DNA of 64,000 bases from an uncultured Spirochaetota bacterium (lineage in GTDB: Bacteria > Spirochaetota > Brevinematia > Brevinematales > JAOACQ01), in assembly GCA_963835575.1 (NCBI GenBank), contig CAWIGG010000004.1, positions 896,001-960,000 on the forward strand, given 5' to 3'. Shown in pieces: positions 47,193 to 56,877 of this stretch (its first letter is position 1; each line of letters opens with the position of its first letter). Both the position numbers and the translations under genes were made by a program. A model generated the notes under the pieces. That model saw only the letters and a program-made list of their open reading frames with translations, was not told where the DNA came from and searched no databases.

Positions 47193-49503
47193 GAAAGAGA
47201 AAATAATAATTAACGGCGATGTGAAAAGTTTTATTCAAAAGCATGAATACAGCGAAAATCTCGCCGATTTCAGGGCTTTTTTTAATAAAAACAAAGAAAA
47301 ATTAATTAAACCGAAACGAATGACGCTTTTGGATATTTTTAATAATAAAGCATTAAAATGGGTTTTGAGTTCAGCATTGATTGTCATGATAGCCGGAAGC
47401 GGGGCATTTTACTTTTTCGGATTTCTTCCGCTTCAGCAATTGCAGAAAGGAAAGGCTTTTGTTGTGACTATAATGAATGGAAATGTCATGCTGCAGAAAA
47501 AGGGAAATGCGGCCTGGTCAAAAATAAAATTAATGGAATCGATTGCGGACGGGGACAGGCTGAAATCCGATAAGGGCGGTTCCTGCGAACTGCAGATGAT
47601 TAATAAAGGCGTTTACCGCCTGGACAAAGAGGCTGAAGTTTCCGTGTCTATTGCCCGGAATGAAAAAGGGGCGATGGATATAAAATTTTTCCTCAGCCGC
47701 GGCAGGATTCTGCTGAATCCTCGTCCGTTATTAAAGGACGAATCGTTCGGGGTAGAGACTTCAACCTTATCGGCCGGCGTTAAAGGGACTAAATTCAGCG
47801 TGGAAATAGACTCGAACAGCGATAATCTGATCAAAGTCAGCGAAGGCAGCGTTTTAGTAAAGACTGTTTTATCTTCGATCGGCAAAGCGGAAGAAAAAGG
47901 TATGCTGGATAAAATGGCGGGAGATATTCTGCAGAATAAACTGGCCGGACCTTTTATTGTTGCCTCAAACGAATCCATGACGCTTAAAAAGCAAACCGGG
48001 GATATTCTTGAAGCGGCCGTAAATAAAGTAATAGAAAAAGAATATCAAAAATATAAGCGTCCTATTGATGCTCAAACACTCAACTCGCAGGACCGTACAT
48101 TGAATAACGGGAGGAGCGGGGCGGATAACATCGTTGATTCGATTGAAAAGAATTATCTGCAGACCTTAAAAGCGGCAAATATTCTTAAAAAACAAAATTA
48201 TTCAGAATCTATAATTGAAAAGGTAAAGCTTTCTCCCGCTGATTTGAATGAATTCAATCAATTGGAAGTTTCCGGCACAATAAAAAATGCCTTTGATATG
48301 GCTGAAATTTCCATAGGATCAGAACCGGCGGAGGCGGATGTCTATATCGATAATCTTTATGCGGGACGTACGCCTTTTGAAAAAATATTGGAAAAAGGCG
48401 GTAAAATATCCCTCAGGATTTCAAAGGATGGTTTTTCTGATTATATTGAATCAAAATTTCTTGTGTCTGGTAAATTGGCTGTCCATCCAATGCTGCAAAA
48501 ACTTATCAATTTAAAATCCGGCGAGCTTGTCTGGAACAGGGAGATGTCATTGGACAACCCGGAAAAGGGAGCGTATCTTTATCAGGGGAAAATAATCATT
48601 CCCGACGGCAGTCAATTAAAGATAGCTTCAATAGAAGGAGAACTATTAAGTACAACAAAAGTTGTGGACTCGAAGTATGTTATAACTAAGCCGGCTGTTG
48701 ACAGCGGTATTATCTATCTCGGCTCGGATTACGGCGGGCTTTACGCATACTCAGTATCAGGAGAGCTGGTCTGGAAGAATTTATCAGCCGGTAAAGCAAT
48801 GTATAACGCCTCTCCTGTTTCTCAAAATGGAATGATCGCGCTTCCGACTTTTGACAAAGGAATTCAGATCTTTAATCAAAAAGGCAGACTTTTGGATACT
48901 ATTCTAATTAAAAATGGCGAAGCGGTTTATTCCACGCCTGTTATAATAAAAAACGGTAATGTATTGATATATGGGACTGAAACTGGAAATGTCAGCGCCT
49001 ATGATATTAAAAATAAAAAAAACATCTGGAGTAAAAGCGTCTTTAATGACCGTATTGTATATCCCATCGCTGGTAATGATCAGGCTATATATGTCCTTTC
49101 CAGGGAAGAAGGGAAAATTATTTCTTTAAACCCTTCTGACGGGACAGTTTTATGGATGGAGCAGTTTGATTCCGTCAAAAAAACAGCCCTGCAGCCGTTA
49201 TTCTCAAAGGACCGGCTGATCCTTTTCAGCAATAGCGAAAATGGAAACAGTATACTGATACTGGATGGTAAAACCGGGAAGCTTGACCGTAAATTTGATT
49301 TTAAAGACAGGATTGCTTTCCCTTATCTTGCCGAAGATCATCTTTTCATTGGAACGGAGAGAGGGCGGATATATGATTATAATCTGGCGACCATGAATAA
49401 AGACTGGGCGGTTGAAAATAATAATCCTGTTTCCCTGATAGCGGCGGACGGCAGGGGAGTTTACGTTTTATCCCGGGGCGGCATGATTAAAATAGCCAGA
49501 TAA
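47176..49503 (+). CDS. Membrane-anchored FecR / PEGA / PQQ-type beta-propeller protein (putative anti-sigma factor)
   Basis: One TM segment, FecR motif AGVKGTKF, PEGA motif SEPAEADVYID..GRTP, Trp-docking propeller repeats; overlaps the sigma gene. Confidence 0.8.
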   Translation: MSPLLKKEKIIINGDVKSFIQKHEYSENLADFRAFFNKNKEKLIKPKRMTLLDIFNNKALKWVLSSALIVMIAGSGAFYFFGFLPLQQLQKGKAFVVTIMNGNVMLQKKGNAAWSKIKLMESIADGDRLKSDKGGSCELQMINKGVYRLDKEAEVSVSIARNEKGAMDIKFFLSRGRILLNPRPLLKDESFGVETSTLSAGVKGTKFSVEIDSNSDNLIKVSEGSVLVKTVLSSIGKAEEKGMLDKMAGDILQNKLAGPFIVASNESMTLKKQTGDILEAAVNKVIEKEYQKYKRPIDAQTLNSQDRTLNNGRSGADNIVDSIEKNYLQTLKAANILKKQNYSESIIEKVKLSPADLNEFNQLEVSGTIKNAFDMAEISIGSEPAEADVYIDNLYAGRTPFEKILEKGGKISLRISKDGFSDYIESKFLVSGKLAVHPMLQKLINLKSGELVWNREMSLDNPEKGAYLYQGKIIIPDGSQLKIASIEGELLSTTKVVDSKYVITKPAVDSGIIYLGSDYGGLYAYSVSGELVWKNLSAGKAMYNASPVSQNGMIALPTFDKGIQIFNQKGRLLDTILIKNGEAVYSTPVIIKNGNVLIYGTETGNVSAYDIKNKKNIWSKSVFNDRIVYPIAGNDQAIYVLSREEGKIISLNPSDGTVLWMEQFDSVKKTALQPLFSKDRLILFSNSENGNSILILDGKTGKLDRKFDFKDRIAFPYLAEDHLFIGTERGRIYDYNLATMNKDWAVENNNPVSLIAADGRGVYVLSRGGMIKIAR

Positions 49504-49593
49504 TGATTTATTGTTCTTATGATTAATGAAAACAGGCGCATTATTTTTGACTAAGAATCATTCTTTAAAATAATAAATATTGAGGTAAGATTT

Positions 49594-51375
49594 ATGAAAA
49601 TGAAACTAATTCCGGCAGTTGTACTTTTAGCGGTATTTTCAACAGGTTGTTCAACATCTCCCGGCGGAGGCAATAACGGCGGCGGAAATTCCGTCAGCAG
49701 CCAGCAGGGTAGTTCTTCCAGCTTTAACGGGTCGATAGTATATGTGTCGACAAACGGAAGCGATACCAATTCGGGGGAAATATCCGGCCCCCTGCGGTCG
49801 ATCCAGAAAGCGGTTAATACGGCGGCTGTTTCCGGAGTTAATTCGGTCTATGTCGGGAGCGGTTTATATACTCCAGGGAACGGCCTGAATAATGGCCCGG
49901 CCGGCGGCGTGATGATCACCAACGGCAGTATTCAGTTTTTGGGAGGATGGGATGAGACCTTTGCCGTCCGCAGCGGAAAAAGCGAGCTGGACGGAAACGG
50001 CCAGCTTTATCATGTCATCGACATTTCGAACGCCGCAGGAATTGTTCTTGACGGATTTGTCGTCAGGAAGGGAAATGCGTCGGGAACCATGCCGGATGAC
50101 AGGGGCGGCGGTATATTAATAGGCTGGTCGTCCAATTGCGTTGTTACGAACTGCGTCATCAGCAATAATTACGCTTCGTCGGGCGGAGGAATGAGCCTCT
50201 TCTACTGTAATCACATAACTATCGACAGCGTCTTCAGCGGAAATGTCTCAACCGGCGGCGGCGCTTTATATGCCAACGCGGCTTTCTTTGTCAACTTAAG
50301 CGGACTGGTCTCGGGAAACATTTCCTCAAACAATGGAGGCGGATTATTCATCAGCTATTCGTCCAACTTTATTGCGACAAACATTATTATCAGTAATAAC
50401 ACTGCTTCCAATAACGGCGGCGGCGTTTACAGCTATGACAATGATCATATCACGTATAGCTGCCCCATTGTTAAAAATTCGGCCTTAACCGGGGGCGGTA
50501 TTTACACCTTCATAGACCATTATGGGATGTTCGCCGGACTGATCCATGATAATACATGCTCTATTGACGGCGGGGGTTTATGCTTAATAGGCGGCATCAG
50601 CAATACCATTGTCAGTCTGATCAGTAATAATTATTCGACAAATGACGGCGGCGGAGTATATCTCGGCAATAATTTTTATTGTACAATCAGCGGAAATATA
50701 TATCAAAACTCGGCCCAGTTTAGCGGCGGAGGCCTCTACATTTCCGGGGGAGCAAAAAATATCTTTAACGGAATGATCAACGGGAACAGCGCCCTGGATA
50801 GAGGAGGCGGAGTTTATCTGAACAGTTCTACAAGCAATTTATTAAGCGGCGTCATTTGTAATAATTCCGCTGATGTCGAAGGCGGCGGTTTATACATAGA
50901 ATATGGTTACAGTAATACTATAAGCGGATCAGTCAACTCCAATACCTCAATAACCGGCGGCGGTATCTCATTATTGGCATGCAGCAGCAATAATTTATCA
51001 GGAAGCATTTGCTCCAATACCGCCGATTTCGGCGCCGGGATCAGCATGCAGTCCTGTGCCCTGAATGTATTTTCAAATATTAATATGATCTGTAACGCCA
51101 GTAATGTCATTCAAATGAGGGCCAGCAACGGGCCCAATACCTTTTTCGGCTGTACGATCGGGGGAAGAGGTAATGGATACGCGTTTTATGAGGCCGATGC
51201 GAATACAATAAACCATTCGATCTTAAGCAATATATTCCTGACCAACACGCTCAGCTATCTTTACCATGATTATAATAACGGCGATATCAATCTGAACGAG
51301 ATCGGCCTTTTGAATATGCTGACCAATAAACATGGCGCAACCAATGTCGGCGGCAACATCGCTGAAACTCAATAA
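49594..51375 (+). CDS. Lipoprotein with DUF1565-like start and right-handed beta-helix (GGG/N repeats)
   Basis: Lipobox STGC; YVSTNGSD.NSG..P.RSIQKA; repeated N.A..GGG motifs. Confidence 0.8.
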   Translation: MKMKLIPAVVLLAVFSTGCSTSPGGGNNGGGNSVSSQQGSSSSFNGSIVYVSTNGSDTNSGEISGPLRSIQKAVNTAAVSGVNSVYVGSGLYTPGNGLNNGPAGGVMITNGSIQFLGGWDETFAVRSGKSELDGNGQLYHVIDISNAAGIVLDGFVVRKGNASGTMPDDRGGGILIGWSSNCVVTNCVISNNYASSGGGMSLFYCNHITIDSVFSGNVSTGGGALYANAAFFVNLSGLVSGNISSNNGGGLFISYSSNFIATNIIISNNTASNNGGGVYSYDNDHITYSCPIVKNSALTGGGIYTFIDHYGMFAGLIHDNTCSIDGGGLCLIGGISNTIVSLISNNYSTNDGGGVYLGNNFYCTISGNIYQNSAQFSGGGLYISGGAKNIFNGMINGNSALDRGGGVYLNSSTSNLLSGVICNNSADVEGGGLYIEYGYSNTISGSVNSNTSITGGGISLLACSSNNLSGSICSNTADFGAGISMQSCALNVFSNINMICNASNVIQMRASNGPNTFFGCTIGGRGNGYAFYEADANTINHSILSNIFLTNTLSYLYHDYNNGDINLNEIGLLNMLTNKHGATNVGGNIAETQ

Positions 51376-51390
51376 TTTTTACCATCAGTA

Positions 51391-51439
51391 CTTTGATGAG
51401 ATAAAAGCGTGCGATTAAAATCGCACGCTTCATCAAAAG
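51391..51439. terminator. Hairpin between convergent genes (terminator or REP-like)
   Basis: aagcgtgcgatt-aa-aatcgcacgctt, extended by tttgatg/catcaaa. Confidence 0.6.
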
Positions 51440-51541
51440 GCAATATCTTATTAAGATAATATTGGGCGGTTAATCATAAAATCCTGATAATATATCAAAC
51501 AAAAAAAAGAAGTATTGTTTTCTGCCGGCCTTTTTATAAAC

Positions 51542-52000
51542 TTATTTCAATTCCTTTTGTTCCAGCCGGGTGGTCCTGGGATAAAAGCCGAATTTCTCAT
51601 AAAACGGGAGAACGCTTTCGTGGCCGTAACTGACTGCGAGTCCGACTGTTGATGCTTTTTTGTTTTTGAGCCATTGGAGGCTGTTCTTTATCAATTTCTC
51701 TCCAATTTTTTTTCTCCGGTACTGCTCTTCAATACAAATGGATTCGATCTCTCCTGTTTTATCACCGCTGATAGTTGTTATACAGAATCCGATGATAGTG
51801 TTATCGTCAGTAATGACAGCTTCGATAAAGATATCATCTTCATTCATGTTTAAGAACTTTTCGATCCGTTTTTCAAAAGTAAATTTGATATAGCTGTCTT
51901 TAAAATATATGGAATCCCGATAATGGATCTGATTGAGTTTCTCCCAGAGAGGCTTGATCAATTCAATCCGGCTTATTTTTATTCTTTCAAATTTAATCAT
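51542..52000 (-). CDS. GNAT acetyltransferase
   Basis: YRRKKIG and FYEKFGF motifs. Confidence 0.85.
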   Translation of the reverse strand: MIKFERIKISRIELIKPLWEKLNQIHYRDSIYFKDSYIKFTFEKRIEKFLNMNEDDIFIEAVITDDNTIIGFCITTISGDKTGEIESICIEEQYRRKKIGEKLIKNSLQWLKNKKASTVGLAVSYGHESVLPFYEKFGFYPRTTRLEQKELK

Positions 52001-52231
52001 ATTTTCCCTCAATATTTTTAATATCCGGGATAATTTTAATTTCAAAACCTTCTTTCCGCCAATAATTTCTTAAATTCATTTAATCATTTTCCAAGGTCCT
52101 GTTTCTCATATTGAAAATATGAATTTAAGGCAATTTCCATTAATCATTAATTTATTGTTCAATAAAACAAAAATATTTATAATAGTATTGAATGAAAATG
52201 ATATCGCAAGTTTGAGTGAGGAGCTGTTATT

Positions 52232-52618
52232 ATGCTGAACCCGATGATCATTACCGGGATGGCGGTTGTGACCTGCGCGCTGGCGCTCTATTCAATAGCC
52301 GTGTATTATGAGTTTAAAACCCATACGGTTTCCAAAAAAGTTCTTTTCTTTTTCACAGCGGGCGTGATGCTGGATATCACTTCCACTACATTTATGATCA
52401 TCGGGTCCCGCCGTATTCCGATAACGCCGCATGGCATCCTGGGATATACGGCCTTGACCGTGATGCTGATCGATGTATTCCTCTTGTGGCGTTTGAGGCT
52501 TCAAAAAGGCGCCGGAGAGAAATTACCGGAAATGCTGCACCGGTATTCCGCGTCGGCTTACAGCTGGTGGGTACTGGCCTATATAGCGGGCGGATTACTG
52601 GTGATGCTGGTGAGATAA
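52232..52618 (+). CDS. HsmA/TIGR03987-like four-TM protein
   Basis: LYSIAV, G..LDITST.FM, HGILG, H.YS..AY..W pattern. Confidence 0.65.
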   Translation: MLNPMIITGMAVVTCALALYSIAVYYEFKTHTVSKKVLFFFTAGVMLDITSTTFMIIGSRRIPITPHGILGYTALTVMLIDVFLLWRLRLQKGAGEKLPEMLHRYSASAYSWWVLAYIAGGLLVMLVR

Positions 52619-52632
52619 CAGGACGGTACTGT

Positions 52633-53055
52633 ATGAAAAAATGGGAACATTTTCCCCATATGGCCGATGCCGGTATAAGGGGCTTCGGCGGCAGCGTCTC
52701 CGAAGCCTTTGAGATGGGGGCGGTTGCCTTGACAGCTGTCATAACCGGTCCGGAAACGGTTAATGACGCCATGTCTGTTGAAATAAAATGCGAAGCCCCG
52801 GATTATGAATTTCTTTTTTATGAATGGATCAATGCCCTCATTTATGAAATGGAAGTACGGAACATGATATTCTGCCGGTATGAGGTTTCCATCCGGTCCC
52901 TTCATAATATGCGGCTCAAGGCGGCGGCTTTTGGAGAAGCGCTCGATCAAAAAAAGCACCGGCCGGCTGTGATATTGAAAGGCGCTACAATGACGGAATT
53001 GAGAGTCGAGAAGAGGAACAAAGTCTGGATCGCGCAGTGCGTTGTGGATGTTTGA
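52633..53055 (+). CDS. Archease
   Basis: EHFPHMAD, KGAT, C-terminal VVDV. Confidence 0.92.
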   Translation: MKKWEHFPHMADAGIRGFGGSVSEAFEMGAVALTAVITGPETVNDAMSVEIKCEAPDYEFLFYEWINALIYEMEVRNMIFCRYEVSIRSLHNMRLKAAAFGEALDQKKHRPAVILKGATMTELRVEKRNKVWIAQCVVDV

Positions 53056-53095
53056 GCTAAAAGCTGGAAGCGTGAATAATTTTGGGGATAAAATT

Positions 53096-54529
53096 ATGGA
53101 ATTAAAGAAGCTGGAAAAGATAAGCGATTATGAATGGATGATAAAACCCTTCGGTAATATGCGGGTCCCGGCGGTGATTTTTGCGTCGGACAGACTCATA
53201 GAACAGATGGATGCAAAAGTCTATGAACAGATCACCAATGTGGCCGGGCTTACCGGTATCGTCAGGGCGGCTTATGCCATGCCCGACGCGCACTGGGGTT
53301 ACGGCTTTCCAATCGGCGGCGTCGCGGCGTTTGATCCTGAGGAAGGCGGCATAGTTTCCGCCGGGGGCGTGGGATATGACATCGCCTGCGGGGTCCGGAT
53401 GCTCCGGATGGGCGGGATGAAGCATTCCGGCCTGGAAAAGATCAAGGAAAAACTGGCAGACGCGCTCTTTAAAGGGATACCGGCCGGTGTCGGCAGTGAA
53501 AGCGGCATCAGCCTGGATCATAAAGAAATGAATAAAATGCTGACTCACGGCGCGCGCTGGGCGGTGGAAAACGGCTACGGTTTTGAAAAAGATCTGGAAA
53601 GAACGGAAGAGCAAGGAGAGATGCCGGGCGCTCTGCCGGAGGAGGTGTCTGAAAAAGCCAAGGAAAGGCAGAAGGTCGAGGTAGGGACGCTCGGCTCCGG
53701 CAATCACTACCTGGAAGTGCAGGAAATAATGGAAGTTTATGACAGTAAAATCCTGAGCGGCTTCGGGCTCGAACCGGGCGACATCGTGATCAGCATCCAC
53801 TGCGGCTCGCGCGGCCTGGGCCACCAGATCGGTACCGAATTCCTGAGGGATATGGCGCTGAAGGCCGGCGATTACGGCTTGAAACTGCCGGACAGGGAGC
53901 TGGCATGTGCTCCAATCAATTCTGACCTCGGCAGGTCCTACATCGGCGCTATGCGGGCGGGGATAAACTGCGCTCTTGCCAACCGGCAGGTCCTGACGCA
54001 TTTTACAAGGGAAGTCATAAGCGGCATCATTCCGGGAATAAGTCTGGATTTGATTTATGATGTGTCGCATAATACATGCAAGGAAGAAACGCATGAAATC
54101 AAGGGCAAAAAAAGGAAGCTGTTTGTTCATCGCAAAGGGGCGACAAGGGCTTTCGGCCCCGGCTATGAGGAACTTCCGGAGGATCTCAGGGAATACGGCC
54201 AGCCGGTCTTGATCGGCGGAAGCATGGGCACGGCTTCCTACTTATTGGCCGGCACAGCGGAGAGCGAGGGCCATGCCTTCAGCTCTTCATGCCATGGCGC
54301 GGGCCGCGCCATGAGCCGGCACCAGGCGCTGAAGAACTGGCGGGGCTCGGAGATTGTCGACAAGCTGGCGAAAAAAGGTATTTTAATAAGAAGCAATTCT
54401 TTCCGCGGTATTGCAGAGGAAGCGCCGCTGGCTTACAAGGACGTGAACCGCGTGGTCGAGGATGCCGACCGGGCGGGCCTGTCGAAAAAAGCGGCGAAGC
54501 TTGCGCCGCTGATCTGTGTGAAAGGGTAA
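53096..54529 (+). CDS. rtcB: RtcB RNA ligase (long, archaeal-like type)
   Basis: MPDAHWGYGFPIG, DIACG, GSGNHY, HCGSRG, HN, HRKGAT, HGAGR. Confidence 0.95.
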   Translation: MELKKLEKISDYEWMIKPFGNMRVPAVIFASDRLIEQMDAKVYEQITNVAGLTGIVRAAYAMPDAHWGYGFPIGGVAAFDPEEGGIVSAGGVGYDIACGVRMLRMGGMKHSGLEKIKEKLADALFKGIPAGVGSESGISLDHKEMNKMLTHGARWAVENGYGFEKDLERTEEQGEMPGALPEEVSEKAKERQKVEVGTLGSGNHYLEVQEIMEVYDSKILSGFGLEPGDIVISIHCGSRGLGHQIGTEFLRDMALKAGDYGLKLPDRELACAPINSDLGRSYIGAMRAGINCALANRQVLTHFTREVISGIIPGISLDLIYDVSHNTCKEETHEIKGKKRKLFVHRKGATRAFGPGYEELPEDLREYGQPVLIGGSMGTASYLLAGTAESEGHAFSSSCHGAGRAMSRHQALKNWRGSEIVDKLAKKGILIRSNSFRGIAEEAPLAYKDVNRVVEDADRAGLSKKAAKLAPLICVKG

Positions 54530-54559
54530 GCTTTTATGTAATATCCGATGCTTCTGCAA

Positions 54560-54658
54560 CAGACTGTGTGAAAAGTCGGTGTTTTGCATCGTAATTCTAT
54601 ATTTTTCGTTCCGTAACTTCAATAAATACGTGGCGAAAAATAGTTTTCACACAGTCTG
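54560..54658. mobile_element. 99-bp MITE-like element
   Basis: Perfect 15-bp terminal inverted repeats cagactgtgtgaaaa/ttttcacacagtctg, with CAA on both flanks. Confidence 0.7.
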
Positions 54659-54677
54659 CAAGCTCAGCACAAGTTTT

Positions 54678-54905
54678 GCACACGGATAACGCGGATTAAA
54701 TGGATTCTCACGGATTATTCAAATATATGATTTTAAAGGAAGATGTGATGACGGGAAGACAAGGAAATACTATAAAATAGGAATGAATGCAAATAATGTT
54801 TTTTCTCCGTGATTTTCTGTGAAATCTTCCCATTTTTAAGCACAAAAGAACCATTTTTAATAAACAAATCCGCGCGAATCCGCAAAACCCGTGAAAATCG
54901 TGTGC
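54678..54905. repeat. Nested 9-nt-period inverted-repeat hairpin
   Basis: gcacacggataa-cgcggatta-aatggattc-tcacggatt ... aatccgcgcg-aatccgcaa-aacccgtga-aaatcgtgtgc, with an inner pair ggaagat.../...atcttcc. Confidence 0.8.
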
Positions 54906-55036
54906 TATTGAGGTCGTCCTAAACAAGGGATCGTTTGGTTTAGTTTTTAATATTTCTCATTCCGCGAATCAATAAAATTGATTATTCAAACTCTTTTCTT
55001 TAAAATATTCCAGATTCTGTGTGTCGGATTAATAAA

Positions 55037-56143
55037 ATGAAACTCTTCATTAATTTTATAAAAAAAGAAAGCGTTTTCTGTGTTTTCTTCGGGCTTTTAA
55101 TTGTGCTCAGTATTATTTTCCCTTCTTCAATTCCTCAATTTCCCGGTTTTATCGATTGGAATACCATGATAACGCTGACAGGCCTTATTATTATTACAAA
55201 TGGACTGAAAGAGAGCGGGTATTTTGATAAAATTGCAGAAAAAATGCTTGTTCGTATCCATTCCGAGAGGGCCATAGCTTTATTCTTAATTTTTCTCTCA
55301 GCCCTTTTCTCCGCTTTTCTCACGAATGATATCGCGCTTTTCATTATCGTTCCGTTGACAGTAAGCCTGTTAAAAGAGCTGAAGAATGACCTTAAGAGGC
55401 TCGTGATATTTGAAGCTCTCGCCGTGAACGCCGGGTCAACCCTGACGCCGATCGGAAATCCCCAGAATCTCTATCTCTGGCATATATGGGGTATAAGTTT
55501 TCATGAATTCATCCTGAAAATGATGCCCTTGGCGCTTCTTCTTATTATCCTGCTTATTATTTTCACTATTCTGAACTTCAAAAATGAAAAGCTTGTCATT
55601 GAAGAGTATGAATTGGTTCAGAAGAATAAAACCCTGTTTATCATTTCATTTCTTTTGATGGGCGTTTTTATTATTTTTCTTGAACTGAGAATGGAAACGA
55701 TTCCTTTTATTTTGATCGTTTTGACTTATCTGATCTTTTTCCGAAAAACGCTTTTAAAAATAGATTTCTTTTTGCTGATCCTGTTTATGGTCATGTTTAT
55801 CGATTTTACTGTCCTTTCCCAGGTATCTATTATCAGGGGTTGGTTTCAAGCCTTGCCGCTGGGCAAAAGGGGAATGCTTTTTCTCATATCGGCGTTTTTG
55901 TCCCAGGCTGCCAGCAATGTGCCCGCGGCGATCTTTTTATCGAAATTCTCGAATAATTACCAGGCGATAGCGTATGGAGTGCATATAGGCGGGCAGGGAA
56001 TACTGATCGGCTCCCTGGCGAATCTCATCGCCTTAAGGCTTTTGAAGGACAAAAAGGCGTATTTTGAATTCCATAAATATTCAGTGCCTTTTTTCCTGAT
56101 CAGTCTGATTTTCGGATTTTTATTATTTTTTATTCAAAAGTAA
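55037..56143 (+). CDS. YbiR-like ArsB/CitM/SLC13 permease
   Basis: SAFLTNDIALF, NAGSTLTPIGNPQN, SNVPA, GSLANLIA. Confidence 0.88.
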   Translation: MKLFINFIKKESVFCVFFGLLIVLSIIFPSSIPQFPGFIDWNTMITLTGLIIITNGLKESGYFDKIAEKMLVRIHSERAIALFLIFLSALFSAFLTNDIALFIIVPLTVSLLKELKNDLKRLVIFEALAVNAGSTLTPIGNPQNLYLWHIWGISFHEFILKMMPLALLLIILLIIFTILNFKNEKLVIEEYELVQKNKTLFIISFLLMGVFIIFLELRMETIPFILIVLTYLIFFRKTLLKIDFFLLILFMVMFIDFTVLSQVSIIRGWFQALPLGKRGMLFLISAFLSQAASNVPAAIFLSKFSNNYQAIAYGVHIGGQGILIGSLANLIALRLLKDKKAYFEFHKYSVPFFLISLIFGFLLFFIQK

Positions 56144-56221
56144 TCCGGCCGTAACCGCCATTCCTGCGGAGAGGCGGTATAAAGTTTTTGATAGGATTTC
56201 AAATCTTGCCGCTTATGAATA

Positions 56222-56611
56222 TTATCCGGCGAAATACTTTTTCATCGGCTCGAAATAGTAGTCGATCCAGCCCTGCTTATATTCATCGCTCTGGCCGGCG
56301 GGTATGTTTTTATGCGACAGGGTGAGCTTTGTGCCGGCTTTGGTTTCCTCAAGCGTAAGCTCAAGGATCGAGTCCGGGCTTTCAGGGGGGAATTCTGTCG
56401 TTCTCCACTTTTGAACAATTTTTTTGCCCGGAACCAGTTCGACTGTCGTCCCGGAAATATAGCCGTCCCAGGCCTTAAATTTACCGGTGACTTTAGGATC
56501 GATTTTGGCCGGGGATACGGTTATCTCACTATGAGTTTTACTGTCAAGCCATGCGGAATAGATCTTTTCCGGCTTAACCGGAAATACTTCGCTGATTTTA
56601 AACGATTCCAT
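56222..56611 (-). CDS. SRPBCC / AHA1-like domain protein
   Basis: IYSAWLD, WDGYI.G, IVQKWR, GWIDYYFEPMK; AGGAG RBS before 56611. Confidence 0.85.
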   Translation of the reverse strand: MESFKISEVFPVKPEKIYSAWLDSKTHSEITVSPAKIDPKVTGKFKAWDGYISGTTVELVPGKKIVQKWRTTEFPPESPDSILELTLEETKAGTKLTLSHKNIPAGQSDEYKQGWIDYYFEPMKKYFAG

Positions 56612-56684
56612 AAAAGGCTCCTTGATTGGAAATATTCCGCAAAAACACAGAAAAATAATAATGTGAAGAGCCGGATAAAAAAGG

Positions 56685-56830
56685 CGTCTTTGCGAGCACC
56701 CTGCTTTCTCCTTAGCCGCTGACTTTAACGCGAAGCAATCTGTCTGCAAATAAAGTAATCTTCCTGGTTCGACAGATTGCTTCGGGCTATGGCTTTTGGC
56801 TATGTTGATATCTATTCCCTCGCAATGACG
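56685..56830. repeat. Nested palindromic element (RPE-like)
   Basis: Outer arms cgtctttgcgag/ctcgcaatgacg and inner arms cgaagcaatctgtc/gacagattgcttcg. Confidence 0.75.
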
Positions 56831-56877
56831 GCTTGCTATCCGCGTTCTTCCGTGCCATTCCATGGCTAACCTGATAT

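Noticed and set aside
53102..54130. 342-aa antisense ORF, and similar antisense ORFs over typA, the kinases and the methyltransferases
   Set aside because: Shadow frames of well-supported genes on the opposite strand, with no recognisable motifs.
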